From Callorhinchus milii (taxonomy: Eukaryota), in contig NW_024704742.1 in assembly GCF_018977255.1 (NCBI RefSeq), positions 23,686,001-23,750,000 on the forward strand: a stretch of DNA of 64,000 nt, given 5' to 3'. The position numbers and the translations under genes are program-made. Positions 1 through 13,030 of the stretch are shown here, one piece after another. The notes beneath the pieces are model-generated. The model searched no databases. It had not been told where the DNA came from and saw only the letters and a list, made by a program, of their open reading frames with translations. The first letter of the stretch is position 1. Each line of letters starts with the position of its first letter.

Positions 1-299
1 AGCTGGCACTTGGGAAATGAATAAGCCGGCTGCATAAATGCGCAATTAATGGAATCCACAGAAAAACTGTGTTATAAGCAAATTCAAGTTAAAAGACCTA
101 TTTTGTTGACCATGCTTTCAGTCATCTTTCTCCTCCCCACTCTCCTCAGCTCCCATCCTAGCTCGGGTGCCCAGCCAGCAGTGTAAAGTGTTTTGAGACT
201 TACTCCCAACATTTAAGGCAAAAAATGAATGTAAATCGTATTGTATTCACACTATTGTAAAGCATGTTATAACATGGCTTTGCTGCATAACCTCTTGGC

Positions 300-1190
300 T
301 TTGGGGTTATGATGTAGTGGCAATAACAGAGACCTGGCTCAAACAAGGGTAGGAATGCTGAATATTCCTGGCTACAATGTATTCAGTAGAGATAGGGAAC
401 GAAAAAAAGGAGGGGTGTGGCAATATTGATTAAAGCCACTGTTACGGCCCTGGAAAGGGACGATGTGCTGGAGGGTCCAAAAACAGAATCTATTGGGTTA
501 GCATTAGGGAGTAGAAAAGGAGCCGTTACTATGTTAGGTGAATTCAAGATCCTCATCCTCACCTACAAGGCCATTCACGGCCTCGCTCCCTCCTACCTCT
601 CTGACCTACTATCCCCCTACTTGCCTGCCCATACCCTCCGTTCCTCTGGCTCCGGTCTGCTCCACATCCCCCGCCCCAACCGCCCTACCATCGGTGGCCG
701 GGCCTTCAGCCTCTCAGCCCCAAGCCTCTGGAACTCTATCCCCCAGTGCCTTCGCCGCCTCCTCCCTTTCCTCCTTCAAGGCCGGTCTCAAGACCTTTCT
801 TTTTGACCGTGCCTTCAGCTCCCCTCTCGACTCTCTACCCCCTCCTTGCTCCCTCCCTTCACCCTGACCATTTCCCCCTGCTCGGGTCCTGACCCAACTT
901 TACAGCACCTTGGGACGTCCTCCCAACGTGAAAGGCGCTCTATAAATGGAATCTTGTTGTTGTGTATACTATAGACCACCAAATAATGGGAAGGAGATAG
1001 ATGAGCAAATCTGCAAGCAGATTTGAGAAAGATGCAAAACCACTAGAGTAGTGATAATGGGGGACTTCAATTATCCTAATTATAGACTGGCAAAATAATA
1101 GTCTAAAGGGCAAAGAGGGGGAAGGATTCCTGAAATGTGTGCAGGATAACTTTCTGGATCAGTATGTTTCCAGCCCAACGAGGAAGGAAT
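300..1190 (+). mobile_element. Decayed CR1-type LINE ORF2 endonuclease fragment, interrupted by an L2 fragment at ~540-963
   Basis: Translates to APE motifs DVVAITETWL, GVAILIK, LGV|YYRPPN, VIMGDFNYP and FLKCVQDNFLDQYVSSPTR. LGV and YYRPP flank the L2 insert. Confidence 0.8.
540..963 (+). mobile_element. L2 (LINE2) 3' fragment
   Basis: Encodes [24 protein letters not shown]...GGRAFS..AP.LWNS (L2 ORF2 C-terminus) and ends in ...gtgaaaggcgctctataaatg...(ttg)n. Confidence 0.85.
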
Positions 1191-2562
1191 GATTACATTT
1201 TTTTAAAAAAGTGAGTAAACAAAACAACCTGGGCCACACTTACATATCTCCTAACAACTGGTTCAAAAGCACCATTGCCAAAGGCTTCGAAGCAACTTGT
1301 TTGCGGGCAAGGCATTCAAAGACCTAAAAGCTTTTTTAACTGGAGGATCCCCCAAACTGACAATAATAGAAGATGAATGCAAGCCTTGTTGAACAGCTAC
1401 AAACATGAACATATAATTGCTTAATTACCGAGACTTAAGCAAGGATTCAATGCTCTCAGCAAACTACCAACTTTACCCTTTACATGCACTCTTGAAAACC
1501 GCATTGGTGATGTGCTACATGGATAACATTGTCTATTAAACCTGCTATGTTGTCACAGAGAAATTATATTTTTTGCAAGTCATTCCAAACAACAGCAAAC
1601 GTCATTTCACAAAATAAGATGGAGGGAAAAGGCTAGGAACAATCCTAAAAACTGTTAAATACATTCTGCTCACAATCTGAACAAAGGCTGCAATTCAATC
1701 TCGGGGCTCAAGTGACATTTAACTGTTCAGTCTTTTTTCCCTTCCTCATCTTCTAATGGCCATGAATCACGCTCCCCTAGCACTGCATTGTATCATCATC
1801 CTGGATTATGAGCTCAAAGTCGCAACGTGGGGCTTGATGCAACATTTTTCGCTCAACGGCAAGAATGCTACCGAGATACGCTGATACCTTGAATTGTAGC
1901 AACTTCCTTTCAAATAGAGCAACAATTTACTCCAGTAAGGTCGTAAAACAACCACAAAGTAAATGACCAATTCATCTGTAGTATTGTTGGCTGGAACACT
2001 GGAGAAACACTATTCTCTTTTCATATTGTGTCAAATTATGTTTAATATGCATCCAACTAGGCAGAAGGGACCTCAGTCTAATGTATAATCTTAAAATTGG
2101 ATCTCTGACAATGCAACACTCTGAACCCCAGGACTGCACTGGAGGGACAGCCAGGCTCTTGACTATGTTATTTATAGGTTGATTAGTTCATTTGTTTTTC
2201 ATCGAGCAAAAAGTGGAAGTAACTTGATCCTGGGTAGTTGGCAAGTGGGATTTTGTATCCTGCACAGACATTAATTTTAAAACAGTAAACAAAAGATTTT
2301 CCAATCACATTTTGAACCAAGTCAACATTTTGGTAGGGATCTTAAGTCCTTTGTAGAATTGTTAAATGTCTCATGAGTCAATTTCTATGCATATTTCTTC
2401 ACAATTAAACACCAACATTTGTGTTTACTGGTTACAACCAGTTATATAATGTGAATGATTTTGACTGAATAAAAAACTTTCCAGTTGTGTACCAAAGGAA
2501 ATGTCATTTAACTCTTCCCCCCTGAAAATACACTCCATAGCTCAGTTGATACAGTAAAAGAA

Positions 2563-3850
2563 GCCTTGGTGATATAAAAAAATTAAGGGACCGATTGCAC
2601 ATAATCTCAGTATTTTGAAGCACAGGGACAGTGCTATTCATAACACAGCCTAGGAGCAATGTACTCCCTATCTCCTCTTCATCTGTAGATTTCAAAACAG
2701 CCCTCTGTAGGCCAACAAAGAAAAACAAAGCAAGGTTCAATTCCCAGTCAAAAGGTTCAGTCTCAGTCTGTACTGAATTAGTGCATCTGAGCTGAAGCAG
2801 CAGTAAGGCTGGTAAAATTGGCAGCAGCATGCTACTATATTATGAGAGTTGGAAGAGAAATCAAGCAGAGTTCACTGCTCCACATCACTGTTACTTTATA
2901 GGCCTATGTTGCAAAATACGTTTCAGATGAAGGCAGGATCATTCTCAACTACAATCAACCAAAGGACACATTGTGTGCACTGCCCATGTTCACTGTAGCT
3001 GTACTTTATTTGCACGCAAACATGGCACCCATGAAATGAACAATCAATTCAATTCCTATTCATACAGAGGCCAACATACCAGCAGAAACTCTCTTTCTCT
3101 TTTCAAACTTTTCAATATTAGATATTTAAACATCCACCTGAACATGGCACCGGGATTTATCATATCACCTGAAGGTCGGTAATTCTAACAATGCAGCACT
3201 CCCCAGAACTGCACTGGAAAGTCAGTCAAGACTATGAACTTAATGGTTAATTGTGGACTTGAACCCACAACCTCAAGAGAGCAACCGATTACACCAAACT
3301 GGAGTGGAGTCCTGTAGCTCAGTGGTTAGAGCATTTGCCTTGCAAGCAAGACACCTGGGTTCAATTCCACGAAGGGCGAAACCTTGGGCAAGTTTCCTTC
3401 CTCCACACGCCTAATAATAATTCCTCCAAAACAATAATAAATTGGTCATTTTAAATCCACGACTGTTTGTGGGACACTGCTGTGCGCAATTGGCTGCCGC
3501 GTTCGTCCACAAATATACAGTCCATTCTGTGAAGCGCTTTGGGACGTCTACAAGACATGAAAAGTGCTATATCAAATGCAAGGATTATTATTATTATACT
3601 ATAAGGAGTCTTCAAAAACATTAGGAAAATAAAACCAAATTGAAGCAATCAGAAATAAAGCTTGCTTCTTATAATAAAACCATGATACTACATTTCAAAT
3701 GCAAACTGCCTTCATTACTATATTAACAGATGCCTTGGTAACAAACAAAAAAAGGGACCTATTGCACATAAGCTCAGAAGCACAAGGGGCAGCGCTATTC
3801 ATAACACAGCCTAGGAGCAATGTACTCCCCATCTTCTCTTCATCTGTAGA
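2563..3850. repeat. Pair of ~120-bp direct repeats (2563-2690 and 3732-3850)
   Basis: Both copies contain gctattcataacacagcctaggagcaatgtactccc..tct.ctcttcatctgtaga. Confidence 0.85.
3304..3597 (+). mobile_element. Full-length tRNA-derived Deu-domain SINE
   Basis: tRNA-like head with A box (tagctcagtgg) and B box (ggttcaattcc); core tgctgtgcgcaattggctgccgcgtt; L2-like 3' end and (tta)n tail. Confidence 0.9.
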
Positions 3851-4703
3851 CTTTAGTGGGCCTGCTGCTAACATATGCTTTGTTTTTGGCCTGCCTGGCT
3901 ATGGATTTTTGTCAGTGGAGATTCAGCATTTTTCCCTTTCATTCTCTGCTCTACGGAAGGATTTCTCAACACCACACAAGTTAAAGTGCTGTATTCAAAT
4001 TACATGACAAGGAATATAAAATAGTGGTCCAATTAACCTTTCTGTCTTCCCCTGCCCAAGCTCCGTGGGGAAGTGCCTGATGTCAATACGACTACCACAC
4101 ATGGTGGAACAATTGAAATCAGATATGCATAACTACCGATACACATCCCAATATTGCAAAGCATTCTTGAGAGCGGTGCTTGAGCTTCATCTAGAATTCC
4201 TTTCACACCCTTGTACTTCGCTACCTTTGTGATTTTCGCCAGCCTTTCTGCGACTCGCTCCTTTTGCTCAGCAAACTCGGGAATGCTGCGAAGCCCTAAG
4301 TACTGACAGGAAGATACAAAGGGCCTCAGTCCCAATCATCTTACTGATTTCTGGGGTATTATGATGGACACTATCTTTTGCTTGGACACTACCCTAACAA
4401 GGGGCAAAGAGCACACTCGTTATTCTAATCTCACTTCAAGGACAACAAGGTCCCAATCCAGGTTAATCTTAGAGTATAAGACATGTGTCCAAACAACTCT
4501 ACTTCATGGTTCCAAGATCCAGTGGAGGAGTTTCATATTTCTAAGTTGAGGACCAAGCAGCAAGCTAAATTTTTAGTAAACATGAGAAGTGGTAGTGGGA
4601 GAAATGGCCCTGGCCTACAATGCCCTGTCGAAAAGCAACCTGGAAGCAGTCAGCTTCATAGGAGGTATGTCTATTTGCCAAAGCTCCTCACATGAGAAAA
4701 CGT

Positions 4704-4806
4704 AAAATACTGCAGATGCTGGAAATCTGAAACAAAAACAGAAGTCGCTGGGAACACTCAGCAGGTCAGGCAGCATCTATGGAGAAAGGAAAGTGAGTCA
4801 ACGTTT
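4704..4806. repeat. Fragment of a common chondrichthyan repeat (probably Penelope-like); related copy at ~36795-36875
   Basis: aaaatactgcagatgctggaaatctgaaac...actcagcaggtcaggcagcatctatggaga. The family assignment is from recall, not a search. Confidence 0.5.
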
Positions 4807-7800
4807 GTACTAACTATATTTATAGATAAATATATATTTTCAAAAAAAAGTAAGGGAACAGGTGGCAAAGAACATTTACGAGATTTCAGCACAGATGTAT
4901 ATGAACAGAAGACCAAAACAGAAACAGTTTTGACACCAATTTGATGCCTTTATGAAGGAATATTCCACTCTTGAAAAAAAAGTTTAAATTCTCATTTTAC
5001 ACACACACACACCACCCAGAGTGAACTCACAGATAAAAAGTAAACAAAAAAACTCTAAACCTGCATGTGCGTAATTCAGTGAAGCCAGTAAGTGTGCACA
5101 CAGTATTTTGTCACTGCAGCCGGTAAGTGCGCATGTGGTGACAGTCAAGAGTAAGATTCCCACGACTTAATGCGTCTTGACCCGTTGCCCGTGGGCACTT
5201 ATCAGAAAGCATTAGAATTGCATTGAATCACGGGAAACAAAATCTTCTGTGCATGCGGCAACAGATCAAGACTACGTTTCCCACGATTTAATGCAGCCAG
5301 TAAGTGCTGGAGTAATGGAGGATAAGGAAGCAGAGTTACTAGTTAAGAGATGATAAATACGACTAATGAAAATAAATCTAAGTGGTTTTGATAGGAAACT
5401 GAATGGGACTCGGGTGCATGTACGACTTAAGCGATTATACAATTTATAAAGATAAGACTTATGCACGTTTTACTGTACTTCATAAAAATAAAATACTGTT
5501 AGAATAGAGGCCAACCCTTTCCAATGTCTACTAGGGCTCTCGGTAAAGATACCATCAAAAATGGTCAGAAATGCTACTGACCTTTTCGATTTTTAAAAAA
5601 AAAATACACTGCACTCTGTTGATACCAGTTGGCATCGCCACTAACCATCTGAGTCAACTAATTGCACAATGGAAGAACCTAAAAGAAGACTACAGTAGAC
5701 TTGCCCTCCCCTTTATTTTTACAAAAGCATGCACAACTGGCCAGGAGGTTCCCTCTACTGAATAATTCTCAGAATAATTCTTTCATACTTGAATTCACAT
5801 CTTTCCTACCGGATCATTCATCATCCATCCTGGAGACACTCATATCAATTGTATCACCGCTAGGACTGCCTGGCTGCTTGCACAAAATTTAAACCATTAC
5901 ATTTCTTATCCATGAGGCTCATCTATGGCCTAATCCATCCAAGGCAATCGTTTCAACAAAATGCTACATGTAGTTGAGGTACAACTTCTAGTTAAAAAAA
6001 TTATTTAATATATATTATTTTTCACCTGAGCATTCACTTCCATAAACAAGTTTTTTTAAAAAAACCTTACAGCCCGCATGCACAGAAGATCTTATTTCTT
6101 GTGATTCAATGCAATTCTAATGTTTATTTTAGAGGGGAAAAAAATCTAAATGTATTCGTATCCCTGCAATTTTCCATTAACTATTTGATCATTATGTATT
6201 ATATCTGAACCAACGCTAGTTCTAAATCATTAGTCAGCAATAGTAAGTCAGAATTCTACAACAGCTGTTTAAGCATAATTTACATATATAAAAGATTATG
6301 AGATAACGGTCTTTGCTTTAATTTTGTGATTAGGAAAAATAATGAATCCGTTGTCAGTGTGCCATTTTCAAATTACATTTGGAGCACCTCAGATGCTCAT
6401 TTGTACCATATGCAACTACCCCAGGTATGAATTGCTTGAAATAGAAAGTACAAATGTATATATAGAATCCTATCAAAGTTCCTCCCTTAAGCTTATTACT
6501 ATAATTTATAGCACAGTTTCAGTCTCTTGCTCAATCTGTTAAAAGTTGTAGACTAGTATCAGCAAAAGGAGAATCAGTACGTTACATCATCAAGAAGAAA
6601 AAACTTGAATTTAAATAGCACCTTTTTACAAAATTTTCAAATTGCTTCACAAGCGATGACCAAGTGCAGTGGGTTTTTCTTGTAAACAAACAGGGCAGGC
6701 ATGTCTGCCACCAAGGTTCCACAAGTGAGGTGAATGGCCAATTAATCTATAGGATTAATCTATCATTCCACTTTACAATACAAACTTTCATTTATATAGC
6801 ACCTTTCAGGTCTTGAGGACCTTCAAAAATGCTTAACTTTGGCAGTTTCTTCTGACACCCCTGTGCTAGAAAATGACAATGGTACAGGACTCATTTTCAT
6901 TTAGCCAATGGAGACGATATAATTTCATTTAAATGGAAGGAGTTATTGCTCTGAAATCTGTAATTACTAATATCTGCATCCAGTACATGATTCCTTGTTA
7001 GGTACAAAAAGTACAACCGATGTAGACAAACTATTTTCATACAGATCAATTTCACACAGATAATCCCATTTAAGTATTTTATTAACTGTTGACATCACCC
7101 ACAATTGACCACACGTTTTTTTTAAAAATTGCAAATTGCACAATTTTTCTGACACTCAAACTTTAATTACACATATTGTGAAAGACTTTGCCCTTTCATT
7201 TTTACTACTAATCTTCCTCCTTTATAATCCAAGAGCACCCTTAATGTGCCCAACTGGTTTGCCTAATCATTAGGCAGTGCCAGCACCATTTGACTAGTGG
7301 TGGATAACTACTAGTTTAAATTGTTTGGATGGTGGGAAGGGGCTGCACATTGCACCTTTCTGAGTTTTAGTATAAGACATCCCAGCCAAAACCATAAAAC
7401 TTAAGGGTAAGTAAACATCTGTTTAAAACTATGACTTGAATTAATGATTAAAAAGGAAAACAACAAGTCACTATTGTGAACTATTGGAACTTAGGTTTCC
7501 GGTTCAACAGTATAGTTTAATGAAATATCTATTTAGATCTGATAATTTATTTTAATTAGCTGAGGTTCAAAGTCCTAACCAGGAAGAACAGCATGAATCC
7601 ATTACTTATATGCTATAACTGCCAACAAACCTTCCATAAATGAATGTCTGACATTCACAGTACCTGCATCTCACGAACTTTGAGACTAAGCACATAGCAT
7701 TACAGTGGAGTCTTGACAAAATGTATTCCTGATTAAAGATGAAAGATACTCCAATTATGCAGGTCATGATCCAAAGCATAATTTGAGCATGCTTTCATGT

Positions 7801-8554
7801 AATGTTAGTACAGTTGATTGGGTGACAATTAATGCAATTAATTCTGGATATTATCAGCTTCAATTTGTATGAGTATGTTAAAGCATCAAGCCTGAAGCTG
7901 AGAGTATTTCCAAAATTTCCAGGTGTAAGTTCTAGCCTGTATCCGACAGTCAACTATATATACCCAAGTCATAGATGACAGGCCTTTTACTGTAGTTTTC
8001 ACCTTCCCATTTGTTACAAGTGCTGTCCTTGGCAGCATGCAATGCCCCGAGCAATTGTACAACTAACACGGGGAGCACCTTACTTTTAGAATGTTAATTC
8101 TAAATCTAATGTTAACAGTTTCTGTATAAATGATCATCACCTATTAATTTCAACCAATGTAAAGCCAATGAGTTTATGTTTCATCCAGAACTTAATTAAT
8201 CTAAAAGTGAGATCTTAGAAAAACGAGTAACATTAAAACCGAACGTGTTATCTGGCGTTATTGAAGAGTTCCTGCCTTGTCTTCCATCAATATTTACAGA
8301 AAACATTTCAAAGCTTCCACTTTGGAAACAATCGATTCTACCGCTACAACATTAGCGACACCTCCTGAAACCAACGCAACCTGTCACCATTAATAAAGAA
8401 CTTATTTCTTTTTGAAAGGCAGTCAAATACTATCGATACGCTGAACATCCTGCCCATGGGAAGGTGTGTTTGAACTGTAACATGAATGAGATAATAGTGT
8501 GTAAAATTTCAAGTGACATATGAAAGTTTTTTTAAAAAAGGTTCGTTCAAATCA

Positions 8555-9100
8555 TCCCTCCCCCCCACTCCCTCCTCCCCCGTCCCACCACCCACTAACT
8601 CCCACCACCCCCTCCTCCCCCCCCACTAACTCCCTCCCCACCACCACCACACTCCCCACTCCCTCCTCCACCCCCCACACCACCCCCCCCCACTAACTCC
8701 CTCCCCCACCACCCCCCACTCCCTCCACCCCCACACCACCCCCACTCCCTCCACCCCCACACCACCCCCTCCACTAACTCCCTCCCCTCACCCCCCCCAC
8801 TCCCTCCTCCCCCCCACCCCCCCACTCCCTCCTCCCTCCACCCCCCACTCCCTCCTCCCCCCCACCACCACCCCCACTCCCTCCCCTCCCACCCCAGCCC
8901 CCCACTCCCTCCTCCCCCCCACCACCCCACTCCCTCCTCCCCCCCAACACCCCCACTCCCTCTCCCCCCCCAACACCCCCACTCCCTCTTCCCCCCAACA
9001 CCCCCACTCCCTCCCCCCCCACCCCCACCCCCCCACTCCCTCCTCCCTCCAGCCCCACCCCCCCCCACTCCCTCCTCCCTCCGCCCCCCCCCCCCCCCCA
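8555..9100. repeat. C-rich low-complexity tandem repeat (CCCCCCACTCCCTCCT-like units)
   Basis: About 550 bp of irregular repeats; G-rich on the LRBA sense strand. Confidence 0.95.
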
Positions 9101-9270
9101 CTCAAAACATGAAACCATGTTGTAATATTCCAACCGAATATACCGTGGTGCAGTTTCCACTTCCGCGTTGGCCACCTTCACACAAACCCGACCTGTGTCA
9201 GGTGCTCGTTCACAAATTAGGCCGAAGACAGAATTTGATCGCGTCCCACCCTTTGCACACACAGAGATAC

Positions 9271-9302
<32 letters not shown>

Positions 9303-9539
9303 GCGCGCGTCTCCCGAAACAGTGCTGTAACCGCCTTAACTCCAGTACCAGAAAGAGAATGCTTCTGACTTCTCCATTTAAGCCACACGGCGTTTGCTGC
9401 TCTCTTCAGCGCGACACCTGATCCCAAACTTCAAAACGTGTATTTTATTCACACGCGAAAATAGATTTTCTCTATTAAAAATTTTTTTTTAAAAAAAAAA
9501 CACCGCTCTGCCCTCTCTTCCCCGCTCCCCCCCCCCCCC

Positions 9540-9667
9540 ACCCCCACCCATCACCCCCACCCATCACCCCCACCCATCACCCCCACCCATCACCCCCACC
9601 CATCACCCCCACCCATCACCCCCACCCATCACCCCCACCCATCACCCCACCCATCACCCCCACCCCC
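9540..9667. repeat. 13-bp minisatellite (CCATCACCCCCAC)n
   Basis: About 9 near-perfect tandem copies. Confidence 0.95.
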
Positions 9668-9739
9668 GGGGTACAGAACAAAAAACTGTCTTTCCTCCCC
9701 GATCGTTTGCAAGACAGTTGCATTAACCAGCGAGCATTC

Positions 9740-11260
9740 CTTGTTGTTGTTGTTGCTGCGTAATAAAAGGGAGTTTGATCGCAAAGGTGATCCGGTGGTT
9801 TGTGCCGATACGGGAACAAATGAATCATAAAGGTCAGGGCTGGTGCTCCCGAGGAGAGGACAGTGGCAAACCGACCACCTCACGCCGGCACTCTTACCAG
9901 GTTGAAGACGGTCTCCACGATGTCCCTGTTGGTCACTTCCCCGGCTCGCAGGAGGCTCGTCAACACGGCGAATTTCATCCGGATCCCACGGATGGGTAGG
10001 GGTGGGTTGAGGCCCAGCGAGGCGGCGGCGGCGACGGCGGCAACGGCGGCCGAGGAGCCGGCGGACTGAGAGCGCTGCCCCGGGTCCGCCCGCGCCGCTA
10101 ACGGGGAGGGCGCAGGTGCAGGTGGCGCGGGTTCAGGTTGGCCTCCTCCTCCTTCTCCACCGCCGCCCGAGTCCGACGACTGCTGGTGATTCTCGCCGGT
10201 AGACATGGCGATCCGGGTCGGGGATTTCTATGTGTCTGTGTGTGTGTGTGTTGTGTGTGTGCGTCTGTGTGTGTGTGTGTGTGTGTGTAATGAAGATTTT
10301 TTTTAAAAAAACGGGGGTGTGCAAAAAAAAAAGACGCGAAGCAACTCCAACGAACTGGTATCCAGAGAAGGAACGACTGGGGACAGGACTCGGCTCGGCT
10401 CGGCGGCTGCCCTGAGCCAGAGTCCAGCTTCGCTTCGCTCCCTCCGCTCCTTGAACGCTGCTACTGCTGCTCTGCTGCTGCTGCTGCTCCTGAACTGTTG
10501 AAGCTCCGCGGCAGTGCGCACGCGCGCGCCCCCTTGTCAGCTCGGTTTAAAATCCCTCTCGAGCGACCGAGAGCCGCGTCGCGTCGCGTCGCGTCTCGTG
10601 TCGTCTCTCGCGGCCGCGGCGACGGTTGGCGTCTCCCCCTCCCCTCTCACGTCCGCTCCGCCATGACAGCGCGGCGACCAAAGTGCGAGCTCCAGACACA
10701 CACACACACACACAGAGAGACTCTCGGCGGTGGCTGTGCGACAGCTCCTCCCCCCCCCACTCCTCCCCCGGCCCGTGGAGGTGGGGGGGTCCAGAGTGTC
10801 GACTGCGCACGCGCGTCCTCGTCCCCCCCCCCCCCCCTCCGCTGTGATTGGTTCAGGTGCTTCAGGTACAAAGGTGATCAAAAGAGTCCCCTCTCTCCTC
10901 CGTACAGTGCAGAACACACCCAGAGAGTGAGAGAGGTACAACAGTGACAATAACTATTGTTGCTTCGACGGGAATAATCCTCGCGCCTCGACCGCGGCTT
11001 CGAGACGTCTCGCGAGCCGGTCACACCGCGCTGCCGTCGAGACATTTTGTGGGGGGTGTTAGGAGGTCGGAGAGGTAGGTAGGGGGGGGAGCACATTTCG
11101 TGGGCGGAAAGAGGCTTCAGCCGATTGCGCCCGGCAGCCTCCCCGCAAACCTGTCGTGGTTCCGAGTGGGGTTTTTGTTTCAAGGGATTATTAGCCCCGG
11201 AAAGCGAGCGGCCGGTCGGCTAACAACCGGCTTCCTGCTTACTGCTCGGTAAACAGAGGC
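9740..11260. promoter_or_regulatory. CpG island / LRBA promoter
   Basis: High GC and CpG density; NRF1-like TGCGCACGCGC at ~10515 and ~10804; TCTCGCGAG at 11008-11016; (TG)n microsatellite just upstream of the ATG. Confidence 0.8.
9898..10206 (-). CDS. LRBA: LPS-responsive beige-like anchor protein, first coding exon (gene continues leftward beyond the window)
   Basis: MSTGEN...LPIRGIRMKFAVLTSLLRAGEVTNRDIVETVFNL, then a GTAAGA donor at 9897. Matches the LRBA N-terminus (IRGIRMKFAVLT, TVFNL) better than NBEA, and is syntenic with RPS3A/SH3D19. Confidence 0.92.
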
Positions 11261-11353
11261 GATTCCACAAAAAAACTTGAAGGGGAGGCGAGGGGTGGGA
11301 GTGGAGAAGACGTATAATATAAATATAAGATATCGAGAGAGGTATGGTAATGC

Positions 11354-11912
11354 ATAATAATCCTTGCATTTTTTTTTGCAAAAACAAAAACAATAATAAA
11401 TTGGTCATTTTCAATCTACGACTGTTTGTGGGACATTGCTGTGCGCAATTGGCTGCCGCGTTCGCCCACAAATATACAGTCCATTCACTTTACAGTGTGT
11501 TCTGTGAAGCGCTTTGGGACGTCCTCCCGACGTGAAAAGCGCTATATCAAATGCAAGGATTATTATTATTATTATTATTATAGTGCCTTACCACGTCGTT
11601 GAGACGTCTCGAAGTGCTTCACACGATATACTGTGAAGTGCATTGACTATGTTTTGTGGGCGAAAAACACAGCAGTCAATTGCGCACAGCAGCGTCCCAC
11701 AAACAGTCGTGGATTGAGTGACCAATTTATTTCATTGTTTTGAAGGGATTATTCCGCCCGGGAAAGCGATCCAACAATGCAACTACCTCTGCTGGGTAAA
11801 CAGAGGAGTGGAGCAAAAGGGAACTTGCCCAAAGTTTCGCCCTGCCGGAAATCGAACCCAAGTCTCTCGCTTGTGAGGCAAGTGCTCTAAGCGTTAAGCT
11901 ACAAGACTCCAC
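11354..11912. mobile_element. Two tRNA/Deu SINE copies joined tail-to-tail (+ 11354-11581; - 11575-11912)
   Basis: SINE core and tail in + orientation, followed directly by a reverse-complement copy ending in the tRNA head (gctacaagactccac). Confidence 0.85.
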
Positions 11913-12529
11913 AGATATAAAGAGAGAGAGAGAGAGATATAGAGAGGGATACAAAAAGAGAGAGAGAGATATAAAGGGAGAGCCCCTCCTTATAGAGTGC
12001 AAAACAGAGAAAGAGAGAAAAAGAACGAGAATTAAATAAGAACAAGCATGGAATGAATGAGAGGCAAAGACAGAACTGGCCACCTTGGTCTCCTCTTCCG
12101 ACAGAGGCATCTGTGAAGCTCAGGGTCTGTCTGTCACTAACCTCAGCGCCATCTGCCGCGCGGGGAAGCCGTCCTTGAGATCTCTTGTCCGGATGGGTTA
12201 CATTTGGTAACACTGTTCGCTGTCAGTCAAACCAGCTGGATCAGTCTCGCTGGATACTGCTGTCCGCGCTATTTTTAGACAATCTGTATTCATTAAGAAT
12301 TGAAGTAAGAAAGGTACTGCACGCTCCCAGCAGTTGCTGCTTCTATTTCCAAGCATTTAAAAACATATCTCTTGAAAGCTTGACATTATTTTGTGCCTTT
12401 TTGTTCTGTACGTTTTATTGAATGATTGCATTTGGTTAGCCAATTAAAATCTGCAGAAATCTTTGCCACAGTAGATTTTAAAACTGCATGACTTCAGATG
12501 TCCATTAAAATAGTGTAGAGATCATCCAT

Positions 12530-13030
12530 AACTCTGCAGCCCGTGTCCTCTCCCAAACTAGGCTCCACAATCCTATCACTCCCATCCTTGCCCAACTCCA
12601 CTGGCTTCCCATCAGTTCAAGATCCTGGTCTTCACCTTCAAAGCCATCCACGGTCTTGCTCCCCCCTACCTCTCCGACCTCCTAACCCCCTACCACCCTG
12701 TTCGCTCCCTGCACTCGGTGGGCTCCGGCCTGCTTCACGTCCCCCGCCTTGCTCGTCCCACTATTGGCGGGCGGGCCGTCCGCCATACTGCACCCACTCT
12801 CTGGAACTCCCTCCCGCAGTCCCTCCATCTCGCCCCCTCCCTCGCCACCTTCAAGACCCACCTCAAGACCCTCCTCTTCAATCGTGCTTTCGATCTCCCT
12901 GGTCCCCCCCTGCCCTCCACCCTCCCCCACCCCGATCCCCAGCACTTGTTCTGTAACTCTGTCTGTCCAGCGCCTTGGACGTCCTCCCAACGTGAAAGGC
13001 ACTATACAAATGTAATTTTGTTGTTGTTGT
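12530..13030 (+). mobile_element. L2 3' fragment
   Basis: [21 protein letters not shown]...FKTHLKTLLF; (ttg)n tail. Confidence 0.85.

Noticed and set aside
3304..3380. tRNA-Ala(TGC)-like sequences here and at ~14932, ~29817, ~37963 and ~40101
   Set aside because: They are SINE heads: the acceptor stem is incomplete and they run on into SINE body and tail sequence.
4300..4700. Possible DIRS/Ngaro reverse transcriptase remnant (FLG..DT-like)
   Set aside because: Too degraded to support without a search.
8595..9427. Gly-rich ORFs of 105-217 aa
   Set aside because: Translations of the C-rich tandem repeat; no coding signal.
9540..9667. Regular repeat array as CRISPR-like
   Set aside because: A pure tandem minisatellite with no spacers, in eukaryotic DNA.
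9898..10206. Alternative identification as NBEA
   Set aside because: The residues IRGIR and TVFNL, and adjacency to RPS3A/SH3D19, favour LRBA.
10230..11183. Many overlapping ORFs in the LRBA CpG island (likewise 27177-28495 at RPS3A)
   Set aside because: Expected from stop-poor GC-rich DNA and microsatellites.
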